Below are positions 1 to 15,239 of a stretch of DNA of 64,000 nucleotides, in pieces (the stretch's first letter is position 1; each line of letters begins with the position of its first letter). A model generated the notes under the pieces. The model worked only from the letters and a program-made list of their open reading frames with translations. It was not told the DNA's origin and searched no databases. The stretch is taken from assembly GCF_009914755.1 (NCBI RefSeq), contig NC_060936.1, one strand, 5' to 3'. The position numbers and the translations under genes were made by a program. The stretch comes from the human T2T-CHM13v2.0 reference genome, Homo sapiens.

Positions 1-349
1 ATGAAGGCACACCCTTCGATCAACACCTGAGAAAGGAAACAGGACTGAGCAGAGGTATAAGTTGAGTTGCAATGCAGATCCAAAGACAGTGTCCCTAAAC
101 CCCATAGGGAGTTGTGGTGGGCCCAGCAGAGTTGCCCACCACTCACGTGCTGAAGTGGCCAGGCCTTTCTATTCTCACCTCCAACAGTCACTGGATTTGG
201 GCCCCTTCAGGAGGCATGGCTTTGAGCAAGGCCACCATAGCCGAGGCAATCCTTCTAGAAGCTGACCATTGAAAGCTGCTGGCATGCTTGATGCTAGGGC
301 AACAAGCCTGCCTTAGGGAGTATGGATGGCGCATTTCCATGACCACTAC
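1..349 (-). mobile_element. Old ERVL-type LTR fragment (LTR16-like, tentative)
   Basis: Resembles LTR16-family consensus from memory; ends ...ACCACTACA (TGTAGTGG on minus). Confidence 0.45.
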
Positions 350-1232
350 AATGTATATTTTTCACAATGGGGATCAACTTCAAAACAGGAAGAAAATGTA
401 TCTTATTGGAAGTCACTTAGAACCAGTACTTAATGAAATAAAGATGGCATTTTTACCCAAGGTAAATTTTTACTTTAATAACCATAAAACTGATTTTTCA
501 CCTTCATGAAGTCATTGTCTTACAGAAGACTCGGATTCAAATCATGACTCTTTCCCTCAGTAGCCAGACCACTTACTCTGTACCTGTAAAAGGAGGTATG
601 CGGTGCTTCTAAAGCATGCACTGCATCCATTCATTCACGTGGTCCACTGGGTGACGACGGTCTGTCCTCCCCTTAAGCAAAAACTGGCTCTAAGGGACAG
701 GTCTTTTCTTCACGCAAAAGGTGAGCAATGCCCCCAGCCTTTCATTCTAGAAAGTGATGAGGCGATGATTTTGTATCCACAAAATGCATTATCAAAGCTC
801 ACCACTTTAGTGTTCATTTACTAAAGTTAGCAGAGATCTAGAATTTGAAAAAAAACAGTTTAGCAATGAGAAATAACTCCACTTAGCAAATTCAATTAAT
901 GAAACTAGTTCATAGTTTTAAATAATTTCTTAATTTATATGAAATAAAGACAACCCATATAGTAGACTTACAAATATTCTATTTCGCGTTATATTCAAGA
1001 CTAAACATCTTCCAAACCATATTCATGAAATGGTTTGATGATATGTGCTTTGGCAGTTTTCAAGAAATATCAATCAAACCGTAATTAAATTTCAACGTAT
1101 CGGCTAAACATCCACTGAGCACCTCCTCTTGCAGTTAGCATTAGACTAAGTGCTTAAGGACAAGTAGTTTGATGCAATAAATTAAGAAATACATATTTAA
1201 GACTTATATTATTCACAGAATTCTTGGCATAG

Positions 1233-1340
1233 TTATTTAAGTTCCTCCTGTTGAGAAACTTGAGGTTTGTGTTTTCTTTCTTTCAGTCCCAAAAGCTCCG
1301 TTTTGAGTTCTCCACGCTTTGGTGGAATTTCAGGTATTGT
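1233..1340 (-). CDS. UQCC6: BRAWNIN/UQCC6 (C12orf73) last coding exon: TIPEIPPKRGELKTELLGLKERKHKPQVSQQEELK*
   Basis: U-rich tract and CAG acceptor (AG at 1342-1341), 108 nt, phase 0, TAA at 1235-1233; completes the 71-aa protein. Confidence 0.96.
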   Translation of the reverse strand, partial: TIPEIPPKRGELKTELLGLKERKHKPQVSQQEELK

Positions 1341-1799
1341 CTGCAAAAAAAACAAAACAAAAAACATAAATGTCTAACCCTTAATAAGGCTGTAATTCAA
1401 TGTAACCTAGAAGACTTTAAAGAGTAAAAAATAACAAAAAGTTCCCTTGCTTGCTACTCAATGATAACTCTTTATTATGAGAAGCTCTGGTTGATCTAAG
1501 TCCCTTTCTAACCCTGTGTTTATATGAGTCTATCATCCTGGCAAGGTCTTCAGCATTACGTACTGCAGGACTCACAAAGGATAGCTGGCATCAGAATCAA
1601 TTGACAGGTTCACAGCTTTGAATAAAACTTTCCACATCTGGAAATTCATTCCTGCACCATCTACTGACTCTCTACCATGTGCCTGGCATAGAAAATAGGC
1701 GTTAGGAATTAATTTATTAATTCAAAAATATTAAGTGCCTATTATATGCAAAGCAGAAAGCAGTATGCAAAAAAATACAAAATCCCTGCATTCCAGGAA

Positions 1800-2508
1800 G
1801 GTATTCACAGAGTTCTGCATCTATCACCACAATAAATTTTAGAAAATTTTCATCACCCCAAAAAGAAACCCCATACTTATTAGCAGTCACTTTCATTTCC
1901 ATACAACCCTCCCCCACATAGCCATAGATAACTATTAGTCTTCTTTTTGTCTATATAGATTTGCCTATTCTGGATATTTTCTATAAATGGAATCATATAA
2001 TATGTGGTCCTCTGTGTTCTTTCAGGTAGAATAATGTTTTCAAGGTTCATCCATGTTGTAGCTTGTATCAGTATTTCATTTTTTATTACTGAATAATGCT
2101 CCATTGTATGGATATACAATTTATCCATTCATCAGCTAATAGGCATTTGGATTTTCCACCTTTTGGATATTATGAATAATACTGCTCTGAACATTCATAT
2201 ACAAGTTTTTGTGTGAATATGTGTTTTCATGTCTATTGGGCATAAACCTAAAAGTGGCATTGCTGGGTCATATGGAAACTGTTTAACTGCTTGAGGAACT
2301 ACCAGGCTTTTCTGAAGCCACTGCACTATTTTATATTCCCATCAACAATGCGTGAGGCTTTCAATTTCTCCACATCCTTGACAATACTTGTTACTCTCTG
2401 TTTTACTACAGCCATTGTAGTGGGTATGAAGTGGTATTTCACTGTGGTTTTGATTTGCCTTTCTCTGGTGGCTAATGATGCTGAGCATCTTTCTGTGTGC
2501 TTACTGGT
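1800..2508 (-). mobile_element. Old L1M (L1MB-like) 3' fragment
   Basis: ORFs 1880-2128 and 2326-2538 give degenerate L1 ORF2 C-terminal peptides (QIKTTVKYHFIPTTMA; HTMEHYSVIKNE). Confidence 0.8.
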
Positions 2509-2509
2509 G

Positions 2510-3062
2510 TTCAGAAGATGACTGCTGAACAAAGACATGGAGGAGGATGAGGGAGGCAGCCATGCAGTTACCTAGGAGCATTTCAGGCAGATGGAACCAC
2601 AAGTGCAGAGGACCTAAGGCAGGAGTGTGGCTTCAGGTTCAAGAAGAAGCAAGGTTGTCAGTATAGCTGGTACAAAGTATTCACAGAGAGGTTAAGAGGA
2701 GACAAGGGCAGAGGAAAAAGGGAGTGGGGAGATAAAGTCTCCAGTGTTTTTCACTCTGAAATGGGAAGACACTGGAGAGTTCTGAGAAGAGTGGCATGTC
2801 CTCACTCAAGTGTACAGAGATGATAATGGTAGCTTTGCTGAGAATAGACCACAGGAGAGCAAGAGTCGAAGGCAGAAGACAGGTCAGGAAGCTATTACAA
2901 TAACAGGTGAAAGTGACTGACAGTGGATTGAACTGGGTAGTAGCAAAAGAGGTGGTGAGAAGCAGGCAGCATCTGGATGTACCTTTCAAGTTAATCCAAT
3001 GGGATCTGCTCATATGTACAGTATGAGAGAGGAATTAAGGATGACTCCTAGCTTTCAACCTG
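2510..3062. mobile_element. L2 fragment
   Basis: Purine-rich degenerate sequence with L2-like motifs. Confidence 0.55.
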
Positions 3063-3991
3063 AACTACAACAGAGTCATCTCCTTTGCTATTCAGATGAG
3101 CTGAGCTGGACAACTAAAAGCACCTGTAGCAGTTCTCCCCAACACAGCACTGAGCACAAGTCTAGGCAGTCATCATGGTCTCCTCTGCTCGACTCTGCCC
3201 AGACCTTCCAGTTCTCCGACCGAAAGACTTGTGATCCAGTTTTGCTACAAAGAACAAAGTGGTTGACAACAGTGACAGTAATTGCTGGAGCAAAACCAAA
3301 AGACATAGGTAAAGAACATATAAATGTTAATAAAGCACACTGCTTTCAACACACAGCCAGCCACCTGGGCCTTCAAGTTCCTACAGAGATACCCCATTGC
3401 CAATGTCACCACCCAATCAAACTGAGGTGAGTTTAGACCCTTCAATATGGCCCTTCTAAAGGCTGTGGCTTCATTCTATCTCCTCCCAAGGTACAGGTAG
3501 CTGCTGTAACAACCCTTGCACATTCCCAATTATAATGAAATGGGTGAATCAAAGGTCAACTTCCCAGGGTCAAATCCCAGGCATTCCTTCTTTTGCAAGG
3601 CCTGCCTGATGTCTATTCCTGCACAAGCTATAGACTAAACTGCATTACTGTGGAAGGTTCTTGTCACTTTGTCTCCACTAGGTATTCTTGCTGCTCAATA
3701 GAACCCTTTTTAAAAGAGAAGCACTCTGAAGTTGTAAGAAAGAGCTCTTGCAGCATTGTTTGTACAAAAACTACATACTACCTAAATGTCAATAAGGGAT
3801 TGATCAAATAATATGTCACAGCTATATTATGAAATACTATGCAATAGTTAAAAAGATTTAATATACACAAATGTCTATTTATGTAGATGTTAACCAAAAC
3901 AAGGAAGTTGCAGAGAAATGTGTACGTGAACTCCTATTCACATGAAGGAAAAACACTCCACAAACTGTGTGTGTACACATGCATGCACAGG

Positions 3992-4389
3992 TGTATTTGT
4001 CCATTTTGCATTGCCTGAGGCTGGGTAATTTATAAAGAAAAGAGGTTTATTTGGCTCTTGGTTCTGCAGGCTGTACAAGCATGGCACCAACATCAGTCCA
4101 GCTTCCGGTGAGGCCTCAGAAAGCTTTTAACTCATGGCAGAAGGCAAAGTGGGAGCATGTGTAACACAAGGCAAGAGAGGGAGTGAGAGAGAGAGCCAGG
4201 TTCTTTTAAACAACCAGCTCTCATGAACTAATAAAGTGAGAACTCACTCTTCACCACAGGGAGGGCACCAAGCCATTCATGAGGGATTCGTCCCCATGAC
4301 CCAAACACCTCCCGCCAGGTCCTACTTCCAACATTGGGGATCACATTTCGGCGTGAAATTTGGAGGAGACAAATATCCAACCTGTATCA
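3992..4389 (-). mobile_element. MaLR LTR (MST-type)
   Basis: ctgggtaatttataaagaaaagaggtttatttggctc ... ccccatgacccaaacacctccc, typical of MST LTRs. Confidence 0.8.
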
Positions 4390-4725
4390 GTGGACATTCA
4401 ACAACAGTGAGAAGTAGTGAAGGATATTCACCAAACAAGAAACAGTAGTTAACGTGTCGTGAGCAGACAGGAGAAAGGAGGTTATAAGAGGGGGGATTTT
4501 CACTTTTTACTCTACATACTTGAACTCAATTTGAATGTTTTACAAGAGTATTGGATTATTTTATGAACAGGAGCAAAAAAGAGACATACCAAACAGAAAG
4601 CTTGGGCTTCAGATCCTCAAATCGTCTCACTAAGCTATGTGACTTTGAGAAATCAACTTCACTCTTCTCAACCTGTTTCTCATCTGAAAACAGAAATAAC
4701 ACCTTCAAAATTGTAGTGACAATTA

Positions 4726-5345
<620 letters not shown>

Positions 5346-5644
5346 ATTTTTTTAAAATTATTTTTCAATAAAAATTTCTAAAAAAAGAAACACTAATGGT
5401 TGACTCTCTGAAAGTGTTACCTGTCCAGGCAGAGTCCAAACAGAAATGACTGCTCCCAACATTGTGCTCCAAACCACTATTCACACCTATAGCATAACAG
5501 CACATTCTTGTAATTATTTGTGCCATACTTTCTCATCTCCACCTCCCCAAGACTCTAATTCCTGAAAAGAACCTTTAATTCTAGTTCCTAATGAATGCTT
5601 ATTAAAATTAATTTAAATTTCTCCTTCCTTTGAATGCCTATAGT

Positions 5645-6240
5645 CACTCATCCTTCATTCAACAAATACTTATTGAGTGTCTGCTACATTCCAAGCAGTT
5701 GAGATACAAGACTGAACCAGACAGACATAGTCTGGAGCTTACATTCTACTGAAGCAAACTGACAAAGAACAAATAAATAGACAAAGAACTGCAGACAAGT
5801 GCTCTATGGAAACAAAAGATGAGACGGAATCGCAGAGGAGGAATTCTTTGGGAGCTAACCCAAGGACCCTCATTGCTGGAGGAGAGACTTGTGCTAAGAC
5901 TTGAAGTTTTGAAGAAGGAAACCAAGCCAAGTTGTTGGGGGGGTGGTGGGGGGAGGAGGACATGCCAAGGATAATGAAAAGAATGGCCTCGAAATGGGGA
6001 CAGGTTTGATGAGTTGGAGAAACAGCAAGGAAGCAGGCGTGAATGTTAACAGGGGAAAGAACTGGTAAAATGGTGGCAGATAGGCCACAGGTAGGCAGCG
6101 GCCAGACTGTGTAAGACCTCACAGGCCATGCATTGCCCTAGATGCAATGGGATGCCATCCAAAGGTTTTGGGCCCAGGGCAAATGTGATCCTAATTTCGT
6201 TCAAGATCACTTTTGCTGCCACGAGGAGAATGGAGTGGTC
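5645..6240 (-). mobile_element. L2 fragment
   Basis: Begins cattcaacaaatacttattgagt, the reverse of the L2 3' end. Confidence 0.6.
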
Positions 6241-6329
6241 CAGGAGCATCTGCATTGCTATAAAGGAATGCCTAAGGCTGGGTAATTTACAAAGAAATGA
6301 GGTATATTTAGCTCAAAAATAAAATAGTA

Positions 6330-7012
6330 GCCCTCCCGCACTCACCAGGTCCGGTCGGTAGTACCTGTGCACCACTTCTGCCCCTGCGCACATGGCCAGG
6401 AGACTGGCTGCGAACATTTTCAGGTAGGTGGACATGGGCACGCCCGCGGGCATGGTCGGCAGGCTGGACGGGGAAGGAAGGGGCAGTGTCAGAAGTTCCA
6501 GCTCACGACTACACCGCGCCAGGGCTGAGGCGCTCCAGCCAGCGCTGGACACGAGACACACGGCGGCGGGGGTGCAGGAGGACCCCTGGGTTCTCGCCCA
6601 ACCCCACGCCTCGGTTTCCTCCTTTACGAGCTGAGGGCACTGAGAGGACGAACGCCCTCCAGGCCGAGGCCCAGCCCCAATCGTTTATCAGTGAGGGGCG
6701 CCGGCCTGCGTGCGGCATTAAAGGGAGCTCTTGATCAGCAAGCGGAAAACCGATACCAGGTCGTTTCCCCGCGCCCCTTCTACCTCTTGGAGGAGAGGAA
6801 CTGTGGACTTCACTCCTCTCTGCCTCTATACACGCGCTCTACTAGAGACTGTACCGCGAACTGCAGGGATGCTGGGCAACAGGTCTAAGGGCGGACGGAG
6901 CGGACGGCGAGCAGGCCGGACCCAAAATACAGGGACCCGGGGCCGCACCGGACAGGAAAGTGGGAGCGCTGCCGGCGCAGGCACGTGACGCAGCGGAGGT
7001 GGGGCGCTGGGA
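6330..7012. promoter_or_regulatory. UQCC6: CpG island / UQCC6 promoter and 5' exons
   Basis: High GC and CpG density; CACGTGAC E-box at 6982-6989; possible noncoding-exon donor CTG|GTATCG (GT at 6756-6755). Confidence 0.85.
6346..6453 (-). CDS. UQCC6: BRAWNIN/UQCC6 first coding exon: MPAGVPMSTYLKMFAASLLAMCAGAEVVHRYYRPDL; mitochondrial complex III assembly microprotein
   Basis: ATG in GACCATG context; donor CTG|GTGAGT (GT at 6345-6344); upstream acceptor ttccccgtccag (AG at 6465-6464); hydrophobic segment; matches recalled C12orf73 protein. Confidence 0.96.
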
Positions 7013-7470
7013 GAAAGCCAGTGACTTTTTTTTTTTTTAAACCAATTCCGACACTTTCTCAGCCCCAGGCTCCCAGCACCTCCATCACTCTCCCTATAGT
7101 TAAATTTTCCTGGCAGATGTGGAATCTAAGGCCAGGCCGTGGACTATTATTACATCGTTTGTTCTTTCGTGCACACAAAGGAAACCACGCCTTTACCACT
7201 TTTTTAGGAGGGGTGGAGTCACACATTGAGCATTTGCGTGCTTTTATGGGAGGTCACCCTCCTGTGACCTCTTAAGAGTGAAGTTAAAGGCACTCACTGT
7301 CCCTGTGTCTGGCGTCTTTTGATACCCGAAATAGAGCCACATCCAGACAGCTGTGGCCTTATGACCTGGTGCTACTGGGAAAGGGGAAATTTGAAATCGA
7401 CATAACTTAATCCAGGAATTTTTCCATTGTTTTGATTATTGGTTGTTTTTTAAGTAAAAGGTTAGTGCAA

Positions 7471-7956
<486 letters not shown>

Positions 7957-8019
7957 CTAAATTCTGAAGGATTAAAGTTGTATGTATGACAAATCATAAT
8001 ACTCATATTTGTAATGAGT

Positions 8020-8440
8020 CTTATGGAGGTATATTTGACATACAATAAACTGCACATATTTAAAGTATACAATATGATGTTTGACATATGTGAGACCATT
8101 ACCACAATCAAGATAATGAACATACCCAAGACCCTCAAAAGTTTCTTAGTGCTTCTTTCTACTCCCTCCCTCCTCCATGGCCTCATTTCCCTAGGTAATC
8201 ACAGATCTGCTTTCTGTCACTATAAGTTAGTTTGCATTTTCTGGAATGTTACATAAATAGAATTATACCGTATGTACTATTTTTTGTGTTGCTTATTTCA
8301 TGCAGCTCAGTTATTTTGAGATTCATCCACATTGTTGCATGTCTTAGTAGTTCACTCCTTATTGCTAGGTGGGTTTAGACTACAATTGGTTTATCTATTC
8401 ACTTATTGGTGAACATTTTGGTTGTTTCTAGTTGTTGGTG
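8020..8440 (-). mobile_element. Old L1M fragment (resumes ~8990-9148 and ~10090-10290)
   Basis: L1MB-like 3' sequence interrupted by later insertions. Confidence 0.65.
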
Positions 8441-8986
8441 TGTAAATAAATAAAATTTTAAAAATGTTGGAACCTAAAAAAAACACTGTAAGCCTTGAGA
8501 GAGATGTGACTAATCTGAGTCACATACGGTTACAACTTCTGTTCTCAGATTATATATTAACTCACTTTTTCTTGTTCTATACAATCACTAGAGAAAATTA
8601 AATGCCAGTGACAAAAACCTCCTGCTTTCTTAATGACCCTTGATTAATTTGCCCTTTATTGTCCTGCTTTGCTGAGACCAGATAACAGAAAACCCATGAG
8701 TATTACACCCTCTGTAAAAAGTGTTAAATGCACCTTCCCAAAAAGAAACACTGCGTATAACCAACCAAATTGCTGTAACTTTGTGCCAATCTTGTATGAA
8801 AAGTGTTGCAATCCTGCTAAAAACTCCTGTCTCTGCCATACAAATGAAATCTTAACTTTCTTACTTCAGAACGCTGACTCCATTCCTTTGGAGCTGGTGT
8901 TTCCAGGTGGTCCATTCTTACTCTTTGTGCTTGAATAAACCCTCTTTAAGTTAGATTCTGACCCTTTTGGTTATTTTAGGTTGACA
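8441..8986 (+). mobile_element. ERV1-class solo LTR (subfamily uncertain)
   Basis: TG...CA termini, AATAAA at ~8934, ends ttattttaggttgaca; interrupts L1M. Confidence 0.65.
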
Positions 8987-9129
8987 TCGGTTGATAGATA
9001 TAAAGCTACTATGACCAGTAAAATATATGAGAAAGACTGGTATAGAAGTCTTTCTGAGAACATGGGCTTCCATTTTTATTAGGTACATCTCTAGAGGAAT
9101 TACTAGAGCATATGGAAGGTGTATATTTA

Positions 9130-9790
<661 letters not shown>

Positions 9791-9811
9791 TATTTATTTA
9801 TTTATTCTTTC

Positions 9812-10090
9812 ATTCATTCATTCTGAAACAGTCTCGCTCTGTCGCCCAGGATGGAGTGTAGTGGCGTGACCTTGACTCCTGAGTTCAAGCAATTCTTCTG
9901 CCTCAGCCTCCCGAGTAGCTTGAATTACAGGCAGGCGCCACCACGCCTGGCTAATTTGTATATTTTTTTAGTAGAGACGGGGTTTCACCACGTTGGCCAG
10001 GGTGGTCTCAGAACTCCTGACCTCATGTGATCCATCCACCTAAGCTTCCCAAAGTGCTGAGATTACAGGCATGAGCCACCGCACCCGGCC
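9812..10090 (-). mobile_element. Alu
   Basis: Antisense Alu. Confidence 0.92.
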
Positions 10091-10381
10091 AATCTGTACC
10101 ATTTTACATTCCCATCAGCAGTGTATGAGACATATGAGACATCCCCAACCAGTTCCTTCAAATCCTCTCCAACATTTGCTCTGGTCAGGCTTTTTTATTT
10201 TAGCTATTCTAATATGTGGGTAATGGTTCCTCATTTTGGTTTTAATATACATCTCCCTCATGACTAATGATTCAGATATTTTTATATGTGGAAAAAAACA
10301 CAAAAACATAAAAATCCTTGGACACATACCCCACACCATATTAAAAATTTTAAATGGGTCACAGACATTCATGTGCTGATA

Positions 10382-11805
<1,424 letters not shown>

Positions 11806-12169
11806 ACAAATGACCATATTTTCTTGTGCTTCTATTTTCTTTGGTGATGTATCTGTTCAAATCTTTTGCTCATTTATAAAACTGAGTTGTTTTCTTATGG
11901 GTTTTGAGTGTTCTTTTATATGTTCTGGACACAAGTCCTTTATCAGATATGATCTGCAAATATTTTCTCCCAGTTTATTGCTTTTCATTAATTTTTTAAG
12001 AGAAGTTTTTAATTTTAATAAAGTATAATTTATCAATTTTTCCTTTTGTATTATATTTAAAAAATATAACCCAGGGTCATAAATATTGTCTTCTATATTT
12101 TCTTCTAGAAATTTTACAGCTTTGGGTTTTACATTTAAGTCCATGATCCATTTTGTTTTTTTATATGGT

Positions 12170-12629
12170 GTGAGGCAGGAGGTGCAACTTGACTCCCAAG
12201 GTGGAGCTTGGACACAGGACCAGATTGAGGACCAGCTAAAACAGGGAAGAGGTGGAAGCTCTTCTCCATAAAACACACCAACTAATGTGCCCTGTCAGTT
12301 TAGCTTTGCCATGGCAACACCCAGATGCTACCACTCCTTTCCATGGTAATGACCCACTGACCTAAAAGTTACCTCCCTTTTTCTAGAAATTTCTGCATAC
12401 TCAGCCCCTTGATTTGCATATAATTAGAAGTGGGTATAAATATGACTGCAGAACTGCGTCTGAGCTGCTACTCTGAGCACACTGCCTATGGGGCAGCCTT
12501 GCTCTGCAGGAGCAGTCTTGGAGTTGTAACACTGCTGCCTGAATAAAACTGTTTTCAGCTCACTCTTGATTTATTTCCTGGGTGAAGCCAAGAACACTCC
12601 TGGGCTAAGGGCTTGCCTGCCCTGTGTCA
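12170..12629 (+). mobile_element. ERV1 solo LTR (MER66-like, tentative) within old L1
   Basis: TG..CA ends; TATAAA 12435-12440; AATAAA 12542-12547. Confidence 0.7.
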
Positions 12630-12687
12630 TGCATACAACTTTGTTTTGTTTTTGCATATAGATATCTGAACTACCTTTGAAGCTTAG

Positions 12688-13098
<411 letters not shown>

Positions 13099-13766
13099 TG
13101 ATTACTGTAGCCTTATAATAATTCTTAAGTCAGGCAGTATTAGCTCTCCCAGCTTTGGCTATTCTAGATCTTTGCATTTCCATATAAATTTTAGAATCAT
13201 TTTGTCAATTTCTACCCAAAAACGCTTACCTGGATTTTGGTTAGCATTATATTGAATCTTTAAACATCTTCACAATATTTGGTCTTCTGATCCATGAATA
13301 CAACATATCCGTGTACTTATTTAGTTCTTACCCAATTTCTACCAGCAATGCTTTTCACTTTTTATGATAGAAATCTTGCGTCTTTTGTCAGCTCTATCCT
13401 TAAATATTTCATATTTTTGATGCTATTGTGAATGGTATTTTTTCTAATTGTTTGTTGTTAGTACATAAATTACAATTGATCTTCCTATATTGATATTTTA
13501 TCTTGCAACCTTGCGAATCTCACCTATTAGCTGTACTAGGTTTTTTGTAGGTTCCACAGGATTTTCTACATAAACCAGCACCAGAGCAATGAACAAAGAC
13601 AAATTGTTTTTTTTTTTATAGATGTCATTTATCAATCTTCAGGAAGTTTACAAGGAAGTTCCCAGTTCTGTTTCCAGATTGCTAAAAGCTCTGGTGGGCC
13701 AGGTTCACAAGCAGAAAAAGTTTGTCTTCCAGACTCAGATGCAGGATGTTGAGAGAGAGACACTGA

Positions 13767-14173
<407 letters not shown>

Positions 14174-14321
14174 TGAGGTTATGAATGGAGCTGGCAGGAC
14201 CCAGCACAGCAACCCACAGTGAGAGAAGCCCTTGCTGCCAAGGGTAATTCCCCGAGTGCAGACATCCTGAGAAAAGTTTACTCTCTTCACACACATTTTC
14301 AGTCACCAGAATTCTCTCCCA

Positions 14322-14363
14322 AAGCATTCAGCAGTCTTTGGTTAATGTGTCTTTCTGGATGCC
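14322..14363 (+). repeat. 42-bp perfect direct repeat, copy 1 (copy 2 at 16027-16068)
   Basis: AAGCATTCAGCAGTCTTTGGTTAATGTGTCTTTCTGGATGCC at both positions. Confidence 0.95.
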
Positions 14364-14906
14364 CTGAAATAACTGAGGCAAGCCACCTGCTGTAAGACTT
14401 TTCTAGACGATGGTCCTGAGCCATTGGCAAAATCAGAGAGGATGGGCTTTTTTCATTCACTCAACATATATTCATTGAATATTTACCATGTGCCAGGTTC
14501 TGAGTAGTGTCTACTAATGGACAGGGTATTCATAAAAGTTCTGTACTGTTTTAAACGTTTCACTCAAACTAAACAGTTGATATATTACAAAAATCTTTCT
14601 GTATTTACTCACGAAAGCCTGGATCCTAGAATGAAGAAAATACATGGAGCACAGAGCCACAGCCATCTCCCAGCTCACAGATCACGTGAGTGAGAAATAA
14701 ACTTCTGTGGCTGTAAACCACTGAAGGTTTGGAGTTACCTGTTACTATATGAATAAACTCAGGAAAGCCAACAAATACAGCAGCCATGTTTTTCATCATC
14801 CTGCAAACTAGAAAAACCCAAAAGCCTATTCCATTAAGAGTTCCTTAATAAAGTACAAACACCAGTGACAGAAATTGAGAACTAATGAAACAAAAGCCAG
14901 CTGCAA

Positions 14907-14990
14907 GAACCACTGAGACATAAAAGAGGGGTTAGTCTGTAAGATTACGAACCACTGAGATTTAAAAGAGGGGTTAGTCTGTAAGGTTAT
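14907..14990 (+). repeat. Tandem duplication, 2 x 42 bp, 4 mismatches
   Basis: GAACCACTGAGAnnTAAAAGAGGGGTTAGTCTGTAAGnTTAn at 14907 and 14949. Confidence 0.9.
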
Positions 14991-15239
14991 GGGAGGTGAT
15001 GCTCGAATGGGATCTAGTCTCGTAGACGTCAAACGTTAATATTCTCATATATCCAAAGTAATGCAGAGAGTGGTTTATGTAGAGCTTTACATTTTACATA
15101 GCAGCTTTACATTCACCCTCATTTCACAGATAAGGAAACTGAGGCCCAAGATGGCACAGTGGCCTCGACGCCCAGGTTTTCCACTTTCAAAGACCCTCCC
15201 TCACATCTCATTACCTGATAATGCAACACAGTCTTTAAT

